From an uncultured virus (IMG/VR IMGVR_UViG_3300016482_000014) (lineage: Duplodnaviria; Heunggongvirae; Uroviricota; Caudoviricetes): DNA of 64,000 nucleotides. The stretch is from the IMG/VR virus record IMGVR_UViG_3300016482_000014, positions 1 to 64,000 of that record. One strand, 5' to 3'. This document shows positions 1 to 9,372 of the stretch, in pieces; positions within the stretch are counted from its first letter, which is position 1; each line of letters begins with the position of its first letter. Below the pieces are notes generated by a model. That model was not told the DNA's origin and ran no database searches. It saw nothing but the letters and a program-made list of their open reading frames with translations. A program made the position numbers and the translations under genes.

Positions 1-739
1 TGTGGGTGTGGCTTGGCATCTGCGCTTCGGAGAGCGTCACAGAGTTTGCACCGCCCGTATCACCTACTGCATAGCTGTTTCCGGCACCGACAATAAATCG
101 GTCACGCAAGTCAGGTCTGCCGCTGGTGCCATCACACAACGCCCATCCGGTAGGAATAGACGCAATTGAACCTGACCACATCACGATCAATCCAGCAGGC
201 AACGCCGACTGAACAAACGCTGTCGTTGCTAGTTGTGTCGTGTTCGCACCGAACGCTGCTGTTGGCGCAGTGGGTACACCGGTAAACGCCGGGGAGTTAA
301 ATGGGGCAGGGTTGGACAGAATCGTATTGGCACCGTCTGTGATCACCCGACCCGTGATAACGTTTGCACCGTTACAGTAGATGTATGCTTCAGACAGTGT
401 TGGAATATTGAACGGCGATCCGCCAGAGGTCTTGACCTGAACTGTGCTATCGGACGTATTCTTGACCGTATACGACTTGGTGACGTTCGGGATTGTCAGA
501 ATGCGAGTCGTGCCGGGGGTGCCTGTCACAAACAATACTGCACTGCGAGATTGATCCACCACGCCGTTTAAAGCGGTCAGCGTAATGTTGCCCGACGTGA
601 CATTCAATGAAGTATTGCCAGTCAAAGCCTGTTCGACAAGTGTGCCGAGGTTACTGTTAGTGGTTGTACCCCACACACCGCTTTGTTCGCCCGTGCCAAT
701 CAGCTCAAGACGCAACGATGGACTAAAAGTTGACGGCAT
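1..739 (-). CDS. Tail fibre/tail-collar domain protein (runs off window start)
   Basis: Manual translation from ATG 739 (RBS GGAGCC): MPSTFSPSLRLELIGTGEQSGVWG...FTGVPTAPTA...LATTAFV...IVMWSG...GWALCDGTSGRPDLRDRFIVGAG, a tail-collar signature. Confidence 0.8.
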   Translation of the reverse strand, partial: MPSTFSPSLRLELIGTGEQSGVWGTTTNSNLGTLVEQALTGNTSLNVTSGNITLTALNGVVDQSRSAVLFVTGTPGTTRILTIPNVTKSYTVKNTSDSTVQVKTSGGSPFNIPTLSEAYIYCNGANVITGRVITDGANTILSNPAPFNSPAFTGVPTAPTAAFGANTTQLATTAFVQSALPAGLIVMWSGSIASIPTGWALCDGTSGRPDLRDRFIVGAGNSYAVGDTGGANSVTLSEAQMPSHTH

Positions 740-754
740 TTACGGCTCCTTGGG

Positions 755-1066
755 TCAGGCCCACACACGCATTGGATACGGCTGTGGATCAATCGAGAAC
801 GGCTGAAGTGGTGCAGCGTCTTCGGTGGCAAGCACACGGACATTCACGAACCAGCCGTCATACGGAATCGGAGTTGGTGGATTCTCTGGATCAGGAATAG
901 GTTGAGGCTCGTAAATCACGCCAATGGTGTCGATGTTCATGTAGTTGGGCGTGGTTGACCACTCAATCGGATTGCCTTCCTCGTCCCACTTGATCGGCGT
1001 TTCGGTGTACAGGATGGACTTGGCTTGGGCTTCGTCTGCAAATTTCAAATATGCGTCTGTGTACAT
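755..1066 (-). CDS. Small acidic protein downstream of fibre/spike gene (possible chaperone)
   Basis: 103-aa ORF with RBS AAGGAA, operonic with 1076-2893. Confidence 0.55.
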   Translation of the reverse strand: MYTDAYLKFADEAQAKSILYTETPIKWDEEGNPIEWSTTPNYMNIDTIGVIYEPQPIPDPENPPTPIPYDGWFVNVRVLATEDAAPLQPFSIDPQPYPMRVWA

Positions 1067-1075
1067 AGTTATTCC

Positions 1076-2893
1076 TTAGCTAGTGAGAGCTTGGAGTTGG
1101 AGATTCGTGCAACGGATAGGGTAGTAGGCGAGCTTTTTGATTGTTCCTGCAAGTGCATAGGATGCACTAGGAGCAGCAGCATAACCACCAATAAATAATG
1201 TGGTGGGTAACGTTGCTGAAGGGACAGCAGCAGATGTATCTGTAGATACCGCACCAGAATTTAAACTACCTGCAATATCGTCAATTTTGTAAGTACCAGC
1301 AACTTTAAATGGGTTATTAGCCGAGACAACCCCAAGTGTTAGATTTGCCGTATACGCCCCGTTCACAACAACCCCAAATTTTGCATTAGTGTTAAGAACT
1401 GTCATTTCAATCCCTTGAGAGGACGGTAAATATGCCGTTGCAATAGCAACTCCGCCAGTTGGCTTTGATGTCACCGCCTCCGCATACAACGTCCCCTCAT
1501 CCGCCCGATACCAGCTAGAGAAGTTCGTCCCCGTCATACTAGCCGCATCTGCACTCCGTGTAACTTGGCTTGCTTCGGTTTTGATGTAGCTGGTAGCGAA
1601 TGAGCCAGCTTCGAGTTGTGCGCCCCAGATGTAGATGCCGGAGTAGCCGTCGCCTGCGTAGGAAACAGACGTACCGCTTGCCGTAGCAAAGTTTGCGTAA
1701 TATGTTGTTGCTGTTGCAGTGCGAGATACGGATACTCTAAACCAACCGTTACCTACGTTTGTAATTGAATTTACCGTGTACTCGGCTGGCATTGATCCGC
1801 TAACCGTTCCAGTGCTTAGATTGATATATGCCCATGTATTACCGGAGGTATCAAACGTAAAAGCAATAGTTGTTCTTTCTCCCGCTTTTGCATAAAACGA
1901 CAAAGTGTATGAAGCTGCTGTTAATATTTTACCTTGATAAACCTGATGCGGCGAACTTGACGTATTTTCTACCAGCTTTTCCCCAGTCAAAGTCCCATCC
2001 GGCGCAACAATAATATTAGCAGTTACCGTTGCATTCCCTTTTGTCCAAGCAGCATTATCAAACTGCTCGCTATACGTCAGCAAATTCGTCCGCTGCTCCT
2101 CCACCCTCAACCCCAAGCTCTCGCCTGTCACCGGATTGTGGTCAAACCGTGCTACGTTAGCTGGTGCAGACAGCAGAGTGGGGATGTAATTGGTGATAGG
2201 CTGAGTCGTGGTAGGCGTGTAGGCAGAGACGGATGAACGCTGTTCGAGTTGTGCGCCCCAGAGGTAAATGCCAGAGGTGCCGTCGCCTGTATATGTGTAA
2301 GCAGAAGGATCGCCAGAAGTATAACTGGCATCCATAATGTAAATGCCGATTCCTTGACTTGCGCTTGCAGTAGTTGGGGTTAGTACAATTCGATACCATC
2401 CATTAGCAAGTGCTGTTATTGATGCTGTAGTGCCACCAGTTTGAGCAATAACTGTGCCAGTTGATGTTGCATCAAAGGTTGCGTATTGACCGCCAACATA
2501 ATCCTCTCTGATACCAACTTTTGTGTATCCGTTTGGCTTAACAAAAACAGAGTAAGTATGAACAGCCGCCGCCGTATTTCCTGCTTGCCTTAAAACATGA
2601 TATCCAGAAGATGCGTTTGGAGTTGCTGTATCAGCAGTTGTTGTTCCGTCTGGTGCGGCGGTAGAGTTTGCTGTAACAGTAACGCCACCTGATTGAGTCT
2701 TTCCCCAACTGGCATTATCAAACGTCTGAGATTGCAACAGCAGATTCTCCTCCGCCTTCGCCACCGTCTTGCCGTCATAGACAACGGCGGTTGAAGCTCT
2801 GGAAAATGTAATTCTTGGATCCAATACCTTGGCGTTAGCGAAGTCCAGCAAGAGCGAAGGTTTTATCGGACTAAAGTTGTCTTTAACGCTCAT
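1076..2893 (-). CDS. Virion spike/fibre protein with duplicated beta-sandwich domain
   Basis: S/T/A/G-rich; two copies of NLL..S..FDNA.W...APDGT.T...GW(Y/F)R...GDG.SGIY.WGAQLE. Confidence 0.7.
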   Translation of the reverse strand: MSVKDNFSPIKPSLLLDFANAKVLDPRITFSRASTAVVYDGKTVAKAEENLLLQSQTFDNASWGKTQSGGVTVTANSTAAPDGTTTADTATPNASSGYHVLRQAGNTAAAVHTYSVFVKPNGYTKVGIREDYVGGQYATFDATSTGTVIAQTGGTTASITALANGWYRIVLTPTTASASQGIGIYIMDASYTSGDPSAYTYTGDGTSGIYLWGAQLEQRSSVSAYTPTTTQPITNYIPTLLSAPANVARFDHNPVTGESLGLRVEEQRTNLLTYSEQFDNAAWTKGNATVTANIIVAPDGTLTGEKLVENTSSSPHQVYQGKILTAASYTLSFYAKAGERTTIAFTFDTSGNTWAYINLSTGTVSGSMPAEYTVNSITNVGNGWFRVSVSRTATATTYYANFATASGTSVSYAGDGYSGIYIWGAQLEAGSFATSYIKTEASQVTRSADAASMTGTNFSSWYRADEGTLYAEAVTSKPTGGVAIATAYLPSSQGIEMTVLNTNAKFGVVVNGAYTANLTLGVVSANNPFKVAGTYKIDDIAGSLNSGAVSTDTSAAVPSATLPTTLFIGGYAAAPSASYALAGTIKKLAYYPIRCTNLQLQALTS

Positions 2894-3600
2894 TTTTTAC
2901 TCCATTCAAATTTGTAGCCCGCTGTGTGATGCATTTCTTTATTACACACCATCGTGACGCAACGCCTGTGAAGTCCAAGCCGTCTTGCCGCATCGTTTAT
3001 AGAAAAATACGTTTGACCGTTTGTAATGCAATATACAGGTTTTGATTTACCGTGCGACGCGTATGTTTGCAATAAGGATTCCCTGATTTTTGCCTTTGCT
3101 TGTTCAGAGTGAGTTCTTTGCCCTGACTTCAATCGTAGCAGCTCTTTGGTTTTTTCTGTATGCCGTTTCCCAAAAAACGGGTTTTCTGCTCCAGTGAGCT
3201 TACCCTTTTTGGATGCCCTCATCTTCTCAACCATTTCAATTGGTCTTGGCACACCAGTCTTTGCTGCTGATATTTTATTTTTGTGATCCTCTGACATTTT
3301 AAATGTATACCCAGAAGATCCTTCACCGCCATCCGTCTTGTTAACAAGATAGACGCCAAGCCTACGATATTTGTCTATAGCTTCGGCTTCGCATAAAAAT
3401 GCAAGTTCTTCCGTAATATCTTTTGCAAGATAGCGGACTTTTACGCCATTTGCTTTTTTTACTACGTTTTGCCAGTGTGCGTTTCTTTTGCTTCTTGTCG
3501 TCGCCCTGTAGCCACGCCCCTTGCCAACGTAAAACACCGCACCCGTATCAGGTCGTATGTGTTCGTAAACGTAGTACTTTGGCTTTGTATTCACGATCAA
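2890..3600 (-). CDS. GIY-YIG family homing endonuclease with NUMOD3-like repeats
   Basis: YYVYEH...FYVGKG..R, N.TDGGEG, NPFFGKRHTEKTKE, C-terminal YFSINDAARRLG HTH; start may be GTG 3594. Confidence 0.85.
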   Translation of the reverse strand: MIVNTKPKYYVYEHIRPDTGAVFYVGKGRGYRATTRSKRNAHWQNVVKKANGVKVRYLAKDITEELAFLCEAEAIDKYRRLGVYLVNKTDGGEGSSGYTFKMSEDHKNKISAAKTGVPRPIEMVEKMRASKKGKLTGAENPFFGKRHTEKTKELLRLKSGQRTHSEQAKAKIRESLLQTYASHGKSKPVYCITNGQTYFSINDAARRLGLHRRCVTMVCNKEMHHTAGYKFEWSKK

Positions 3601-3650
3601 TCCAGCAGGAGCGATGGACGAGTTGTCGGAAAGTTATCTTTTACGCTCAT
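3597..3650 (-). pseudogene. Orphaned original 5' end of the 1076-2893 gene (MSVKDNFPTTRPSLLLD*)
   Basis: 17 codons matching the N-terminus MSVKDNFSPIKPSLLLD of 1076-2893; has RBS AAGGA. Confidence 0.85.
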
Positions 3651-3808
3651 GGCATATCCTTACTTTTATCTTGCTGAAGCTGGTTATCCGCTTGCTCTTT
3701 TATCTTCACCAAAAGCGTCCAGGCTCCAGATGATGTTGGCAGTTGACCTAGCGTCTGCAAAATGGCGTTAACATCCTCTACCTTCAGCTTTAGTGTAATT
3801 TCCATCAT
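3647..3808 (-). CDS. Small tail-region protein (53 aa)
   Basis: Manual translation MMEITLKLKVEDVNAILQTLGQLPTSSGAW...; ATGA overlaps on both sides. Confidence 0.7.
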   Translation of the reverse strand: MMEITLKLKVEDVNAILQTLGQLPTSSGAWTLLVKIKEQADNQLQQDKSKDMP

Positions 3809-4101
3809 GCCACCCAAGGAATCCCAGATTCTTTAACAGGATTCTTTTGTGCATCAATCTGTGCTGCCAAACTTGCTTCAGCAGCCGCCTTATCCACTCC
3901 ATTAGCCCAACACCAGTCAAGTACATCTTGCTCTGTAACATTGGCGTATGGAACCTGTGGGTCAGCATCAGCAAAGCTGCAAGTGCTGTATACGGATGCT
4001 GTGTAGTCACCGTCAACAGCCGTACACGTCCAGTGGGCAACGGTGATAAAGCCAGTGGCAACGATATGCTCGCACTGAGTGATTTTCCAGTTGTATTCCA
4101 T
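3805..4101 (-). CDS. Small tail-fibre-associated protein
   Basis: 98 aa, RBS AAGGAA, follows fibre gene. Confidence 0.65.
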   Translation of the reverse strand: MEYNWKITQCEHIVATGFITVAHWTCTAVDGDYTASVYSTCSFADADPQVPYANVTEQDVLDWCWANGVDKAAAEASLAAQIDAQKNPVKESGIPWVA

Positions 4102-4110
4102 GATTGTTCC

Positions 4111-5307
4111 TTACCAAGTTGAAATCGCAGAGCGTTTCCAAGTGTTTGTTGCCACGCATACATAAACGTAGTTTGAATCCCAACAAATATCACCGGCGTT
4201 ACCAGTATCTGTTGAGGATGCAGGAGTCTTTGTAGTACGAACACGAACAACGTTAGAGTTGACGTCTAGTTTTGCTGTAGGCGAATTCGTACCAATCCCC
4301 ACGTTGCCGGAAGTGTCGAGTGTCAACTGAGCCGCAGACAAAAGGGTAGCGTCTTGATAGTTTGCCAGACCACCAGTGTTGCCAAAAATAAGGGAGGTGG
4401 CAACAGCAGAAACAAACATCTCTCTACTTCCTGCCCGGAACAGTGACAGCACTGGGGCATTATCTGCTATTACGTCGCCGTATATGCGCAGTGTGTTTTG
4501 CGCAACTACACCACTTTGACCAATCCACGCATTACCGAGAACTTGTAGTTTCTGTTGAGGCGAACTCGTACCAATCCCCAGTCCGGTAGAGGTGAGGCGC
4601 ATAACCTCTCCGACTGCGTTTCTATACCAAAGCAAATTTCCTTGATCGTTGTAATTTAGCCAGTATGTGTTACTCGTAGAGTCAGAAAGTGAAATACCAG
4701 CATACTGCCCTCTAATAGCAAGCCCCGGAACGCCAGCCAAATAACTACTTGGGCTATTTGTTCCAATACCAAAATTCGTCCCATCAAACGTCAGCGCACT
4801 ATCAGTCGTCAGAACCTTAGACGCATTGAGATACGCTACAGCGTTGGCTGTTCCAGCAGAAAATGTCGGGTTATTGGTAATCGTGCTGATCTGTCCGGAC
4901 ACGATGTTGACGCTATCGTTGTCCTCATACGCCATTGAACCGAGATACTGGTTCAGCGGGATCTGGTTTGGAGCCGTGCCTGTGTCAGCCTGAGATACCG
5001 ACATATCTGCCGGGTAGGTGACAAACACATCCTTGCTGCCAGAACCAAAGTTCACCAACGCATTCGCATTCGATGAGCGCAACACCTGTGTACGGGCAAG
5101 CGTGGTTGCGCCTGTCAGCGTACCAATACCCACTTCCCACGCGCCACTGACGGCATCTGCAATGGTGTAGTATGTCTGGTTGTTGACGCCGATCCCAGCG
5201 TTGAATGTCTGGAACCCAGAGGGTGCGCCTGAAAGCGTGACCGACCCTGTTCCAGTGGTGGAGGTTAATTCCCTAACCCGGTCGTTTACGATAATAGCCA
5301 TCGCCAA
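4111..5307 (-). CDS. Tail fibre protein
   Basis: N-terminal DRVRE.T.TTGTG anchor; three GIGT.SP repeats; C-terminal WDSNYVYVCVATNTWKR. Confidence 0.8.
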   Translation of the reverse strand: MAMAIIVNDRVRELTSTTGTGSVTLSGAPSGFQTFNAGIGVNNQTYYTIADAVSGAWEVGIGTLTGATTLARTQVLRSSNANALVNFGSGSKDVFVTYPADMSVSQADTGTAPNQIPLNQYLGSMAYEDNDSVNIVSGQISTITNNPTFSAGTANAVAYLNASKVLTTDSALTFDGTNFGIGTNSPSSYLAGVPGLAIRGQYAGISLSDSTSNTYWLNYNDQGNLLWYRNAVGEVMRLTSTGLGIGTSSPQQKLQVLGNAWIGQSGVVAQNTLRIYGDVIADNAPVLSLFRAGSREMFVSAVATSLIFGNTGGLANYQDATLLSAAQLTLDTSGNVGIGTNSPTAKLDVNSNVVRVRTTKTPASSTDTGNAGDICWDSNYVYVCVATNTWKRSAISTW

Positions 5308-5325
5308 TCCTTAAAAATTACCGCC

Positions 5326-6282
5326 TCAACTTTGCGGTGTAAACGTATCAATCAACACCCAATCTGAAGCTTCGTAAGTATCAATCAGCTCCCATTGCAA
5401 CCGAATTGATGGAGAATCCGACCCAGTTCCGCTATCCAACACCACTGTCCTGAAGTTTACATTACCAATAGGGTTGTCGGCTACTGTTGCGCTGTCAGCA
5501 AATGAATTATTTAGAACCGCAGTGGTTGGTACAAAATCACTGATTACCACTTGTTCTGCGGCAATGCTGCCAAATTCCGCAAGGCTGGAAACCTCGTCCT
5601 GACCCGATGCCCCATCCAAGAACGCCACTGCATAATTCGGAGTGCTAGAAAACTCATCCGATCCTTGGGCGGACTCATCAATGGATGCCGGGAACGCAAT
5701 GAAGTAGCTTGCTGTGTCGGTAACTTGGGCGGAATCCTCAAACGAAGCAGGTAGAGTCAGACTCCCAACAACAATGTCCGATATCGCAGCGGCGGATTCT
5801 TGAACCCCAAACGTCAGTTCCGCAGTGGTAAATGGTCTATCTGTCAGCACTGCACTTTCAGCCGCAGCACTGTTTACATTCACTAGCGTGGATACAACAT
5901 CACCAGAAACACGAGCAAGATAATCGCCCAGTGCATCAAACGGCCCAGAAGAGAACCCGCCTGTTGAGTAACCATAACCAGTCTGCCGATATGTTGCTGC
6001 TTCAGCTACCTCGGAAATTAAGCCGGTAAACGCTGCCAACGCGGAAGTCGTGTCTGATGCCCCAGCTGTTTCACCAACAACGCCCGGATATGTCATCCGG
6101 TAGGAGATTTGCTCCGATACCGATGAGCCATCAAACACGTCTACCCGATACGCCGTGCCGAAGGTAATCATATTCTCAATGCCGGAAGCCCCATCCGCAA
6201 ACGCAGAGGAGTACGCCGTCCCGTAGGTTGTGTCAGCAACCGTAGAAAACGACGTAGCGGTAAAGGCCCCGACCGAGAACAT
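5326..6282 (-). CDS. Acidic repetitive virion structural protein
   Basis: Degenerate roughly 19-aa E/D-S-A..SD repeats; tail module context. Confidence 0.6.
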   Translation of the reverse strand: MFSVGAFTATSFSTVADTTYGTAYSSAFADGASGIENMITFGTAYRVDVFDGSSVSEQISYRMTYPGVVGETAGASDTTSALAAFTGLISEVAEAATYRQTGYGYSTGGFSSGPFDALGDYLARVSGDVVSTLVNVNSAAAESAVLTDRPFTTAELTFGVQESAAAISDIVVGSLTLPASFEDSAQVTDTASYFIAFPASIDESAQGSDEFSSTPNYAVAFLDGASGQDEVSSLAEFGSIAAEQVVISDFVPTTAVLNNSFADSATVADNPIGNVNFRTVVLDSGTGSDSPSIRLQWELIDTYEASDWVLIDTFTPQS

Positions 6283-6295
6283 GGTGTTCCCTTAA

Positions 6296-6877
6296 TTAAG
6301 CAGCGTCGAGGCTAAACTGATACGTCACGTTCACCACGTCACCAGACACCACCGAGCGATCACCGGGGGCTTGGAAGTCGGCAGCAGAGAACAGAACGCC
6401 AGCCGTGCCGCCCTTGGTGCTGTTGCTGATCAGGAATGCACCGCCAACCACGGTCGTGCCGTTGATCGAAAACTGTGCGGGCGAACCAGAATTGCTGATC
6501 ACCGAAGGATCTGCCGTGGAGGCGGCACCAAATACACACTGGGGGCGGGCAGCTTGTGAATATGCCGTGACTTCCGTCCATCCAGCATGAGATGCAGCCG
6601 TGTCAGAAGCGGCAGGGTTGTTAGACGACGCAGCGCCATACAAACCGATGTACCAAGTTGCCGTGTAACCAGAACCCGAGAAGTATTTGTCGTTCATATC
6701 TTTCAGACCGACGTTGACGACGAGGTTGTGGCTCTGGGCTTCCCACTTCAGGTTGCCGTCTTTATCAAAGCACTGAATGGCAAACACACCACCACCTTTG
6801 ATTCCTTCTTTGGCACCGCCACCACACACCATTGAGGTAGAGACGGCATCAATCGATTTTGCCTGTTCGTTAAACAT
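6296..6877 (-). CDS. Virion structural protein
   Basis: KW....HNLVVNVG motif typical of phage tail structural proteins; RBS AAGGAG. Confidence 0.65.
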   Translation of the reverse strand: MFNEQAKSIDAVSTSMVCGGGAKEGIKGGGVFAIQCFDKDGNLKWEAQSHNLVVNVGLKDMNDKYFSGSGYTATWYIGLYGAASSNNPAASDTAASHAGWTEVTAYSQAARPQCVFGAASTADPSVISNSGSPAQFSINGTTVVGGAFLISNSTKGGTAGVLFSAADFQAPGDRSVVSGDVVNVTYQFSLDAA

Positions 6878-6887
6878 TTCCAGCTCC

Positions 6888-7301
6888 TTACGAGATACGA
6901 ATTAACGCCGAATCACTTGTTGCAGGAGGAAAGTCCACCGTAAATGTCGTGGATGAAGTCCTGTCTGCACCAAAGTCCAGCACACATACTGCCGGGTTGC
7001 CACCACCTACTTTGTAAATCAGTGCGCCCCGTGCAGTAATAGCGCCTGACCAAGAAACATCACCAAACGAAACATACGCAACACCATTCAGGATCCCCTG
7101 CGTGGGGACAATTGCCTGCCCGCCTGCGGTATACCCTGATGCAACAACCTCACCGTCAGTCGTGTAAACGGTGGTTTGTGCGTTTAATGTTGCGTTGTTT
7201 GTGTAAAGAGCGATTTTAAATGCGTCAACGGCAAAATCCACATCACCATTGAGCAATGCGAGTTTGAACGAGTTGCAGGTGAAGTTTCCTGTGAAGCTCA
7301 T
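6888..7301 (-). CDS. Virion structural protein
   Basis: FKIALYT...GY.AGG...ITARGALIY...VLDFG motif. Confidence 0.65.
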   Translation of the reverse strand: MSFTGNFTCNSFKLALLNGDVDFAVDAFKIALYTNNATLNAQTTVYTTDGEVVASGYTAGGQAIVPTQGILNGVAYVSFGDVSWSGAITARGALIYKVGGGNPAVCVLDFGADRTSSTTFTVDFPPATSDSALIRIS

Positions 7302-7930
7302 GCTGTCACCTCAATGAGCCGGTTTCCCTTTTTTACATTTAAAACACCGGGGATAACTTGAATATTCCACGGCACATGAAGTCCAGACACGGTTTTCCCT
7401 TGCAATGGAACGATGTGATCTACATGCCAAGCAAACCCAAATATTTTAGCTCTGAATTGCGCAAGTTCATATGCCTGCTCGATCATCCACAGATCATCTT
7501 GACTTAACCATTTCGGAGTTCGCATCCTCATGGAAGACCTGCGAATTGCTGTGTCTGCATTTTTTTGCGCTTTATATTTTCCTTTTGCTGTTTGGCGATG
7601 AATTAAAACTTTATCTGGGTTTCGCTCATTCCACGCCGCTTTCATGGCGCGTATTTTTTCTTTATTTGCTTTTCTATATGCAGCATCTGCTATACGTTTT
7701 TTCTCGGCACGAAAAGGATTGAGTTTTGACTTCTCGTTGTATTTTCTTTGCTGTTCTTTTGTGCGCTCTGGATTTAATGCCCGCGAAGAACGAAGGTGTT
7801 CTTTTGCGCATTGGGCACAAGCACCAGACACCCAGCGAAGCCCGTCAAGCTCGGGGTGTTTTTTGCACTGCCTGCCGTAACATTTTGGCACGCCAAGCGC
7901 TTTTGCTTGTTGTCTATTTAATCGTGTCAT
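7298..7930 (-). CDS. HNH homing endonuclease
   Basis: TPKWL...HVDHIVPLQGKTVSGLHVPWNIQVI...N..KGN; AT-rich relative to neighbours; overlaps both flanking genes. Confidence 0.9.
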   Translation of the reverse strand: MTRLNRQQAKALGVPKCYGRQCKKHPELDGLRWVSGACAQCAKEHLRSSRALNPERTKEQQRKYNEKSKLNPFRAEKKRIADAAYRKANKEKIRAMKAAWNERNPDKVLIHRQTAKGKYKAQKNADTAIRRSSMRMRTPKWLSQDDLWMIEQAYELAQFRAKIFGFAWHVDHIVPLQGKTVSGLHVPWNIQVIPGVLNVKKGNRLIEVTA

Positions 7931-8601
7931 TTTACGGGGTACCTCACCTGCCCGCTACGATATGCGTCTTGTCTTTCACGCCCATCGCCCAACTGTTTCA
8001 ACAAGACCATCGCCTCGTTGTACTTCTGTTCATAGTTGGCAACCACATCCTGCTCTTGGCGCTGGAATACCGCCGCTTCACGCAACGCGCCATACAACAA
8101 CACACTGTCAAAGTTATCGCCAAGCCACGTTGTACCCGCAGTAACGATCGACTCTGGGTAAAAGAAGTAATGCAGCTCCATGTTGTACACCGCGTCCGGA
8201 GACGGGCCGAGCAGCAACGACAACTCATTGGTCATCACGGGCGGGACAGAAGATGTCGTCGTTGGCCCAAAAATGGCGTAATACTTTGGAACACCCTTGT
8301 CGTTCGGAGACGGGTACGCCTGACGGATGAAGTTCACATCCTTATTCAGCAAGTATTCATACTCACCGTTTGGCTTAATCACTGCCAATGAATACACGGA
8401 CAGGAAGTCGCTGGGAGTTGTGAGGTACTTGTTGTTTGGTGTGGTAAAGCCCGTCACGTTCTTGCGCAGGTAGGAAATCTGAACGCTGTTGTAAATGCGC
8501 TGCTCTGCGGTGCGAACAAATGTGGGGATAGCAGCGACGAACGCCTGTTCATCGCTTTCCGAAAAGTTCTGTATCGCAGAAGTCAGGGCAGCGTAATCCA
8601 T
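7927..8601 (-). CDS. Head-tail adaptor/connector protein
   Basis: I..F...AEQRI, G.PKYYA, GP.PD..Y..ELHY, LLYGAL motifs. Confidence 0.7.
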   Translation of the reverse strand: MDYAALTSAIQNFSESDEQAFVAAIPTFVRTAEQRIYNSVQISYLRKNVTGFTTPNNKYLTTPSDFLSVYSLAVIKPNGEYEYLLNKDVNFIRQAYPSPNDKGVPKYYAIFGPTTTSSVPPVMTNELSLLLGPSPDAVYNMELHYFFYPESIVTAGTTWLGDNFDSVLLYGALREAAVFQRQEQDVVANYEQKYNEAMVLLKQLGDGRERQDAYRSGQVRYPVK

Positions 8602-8608
8602 TTACACC

Positions 8609-8788
8609 TCAAGCCATCGGGCCACGGGCTTTTACGCCACGGGTTGCAGCACCAGTGCCACGGATCTTGATGCCGGACGTTTTAACGTCGTTACGTGCTG
8701 GATCGCCAACAGAAACGCGCATAGCTGGGGTAGCGTTCGTTACGTCTTTTGAACGCAGGGAGTTGGGATCTTTCATTTGTTTTTTCAT
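8609..8788 (-). CDS. Small basic protein
   Basis: Ends GIKIRGTGAATRGVKARGPMA; start placed at ATG 8788 just after upstream stop. Confidence 0.6.
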   Translation of the reverse strand: MKKQMKDPNSLRSKDVTNATPAMRVSVGDPARNDVKTSGIKIRGTGAATRGVKARGPMA

Positions 8789-8789
8789 C

Positions 8790-8975
8790 TCAACCACCTT
8801 TCTGGTTTTTGACTTTGGCCAGACCACGACCCATTTTCTTCAGGTCAATGTTCTTCACGCCAGCGGTTTTCTTGCCGCCTTTCTGCATGCCGTCTTTGCT
8901 ACCGTCGTTGGGGAAAATCTCAACAGCGGTTTTCCCTTTCTTGGCAACGCCATCTGCGCCACGTTTGTAAGCCAT
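8790..8975 (-). CDS. Small basic protein
   Basis: 61 aa, Lys-rich, ADGVAKKGKT; RBS AGGAG. Confidence 0.6.
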   Translation of the reverse strand: MAYKRGADGVAKKGKTAVEIFPNDGSKDGMQKGGKKTAGVKNIDLKKMGRGLAKVKNQKGG

Positions 8976-8984
8976 GTTTTTCTC

Positions 8985-9368
8985 CTAGAGAGTGGCAACC
9001 GTCACGGTGCCAAGGGTGATACTCAATTGTAGATTGTTCGGGGTCAAACCGCCATCCCTGCTGCCACCTACCGGTTGCCAACCCCATTCAATCACCCGGC
9101 TACCACCAGTCGGTTCACCATCCACCCCAACACCACCTACGTAGTACCCAATCTCAGGACGAGGGTTACGTACAGCCTGTGGGTCGTTGACGGGTGTTTC
9201 GCCAAGCAACAATTGTGGGTGGTCTGGATTCCAGCATTCTGGGCAAGCCAAAACATTCGTATTCCTGCGTTTAACAATCAACGTACGTAATTGTTTAAGT
9301 TTATACCGTTGTCCACAAACATCACACTGCGATATTGCAAACTTGCCAGAACTAAATCGGTTTGGCAC
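8985..9368 (-). CDS. Zn-ribbon phage protein
   Basis: CDVC...CPEC..DHPQL...DPQA.R.PRP; GTG start. Confidence 0.65.
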   Translation of the reverse strand: MPNRFSSGKFAISQCDVCGQRYKLKQLRTLIVKRRNTNVLACPECWNPDHPQLLLGETPVNDPQAVRNPRPEIGYYVGGVGVDGEPTGGSRVIEWGWQPVGGSRDGGLTPNNLQLSITLGTVTVATL

Positions 9369-9372
9369 GGTA

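Noticed and set aside
7298..7930. N-terminus duplication at this HNH insertion
   Set aside because: No stranded copy of the downstream gene start was found upstream
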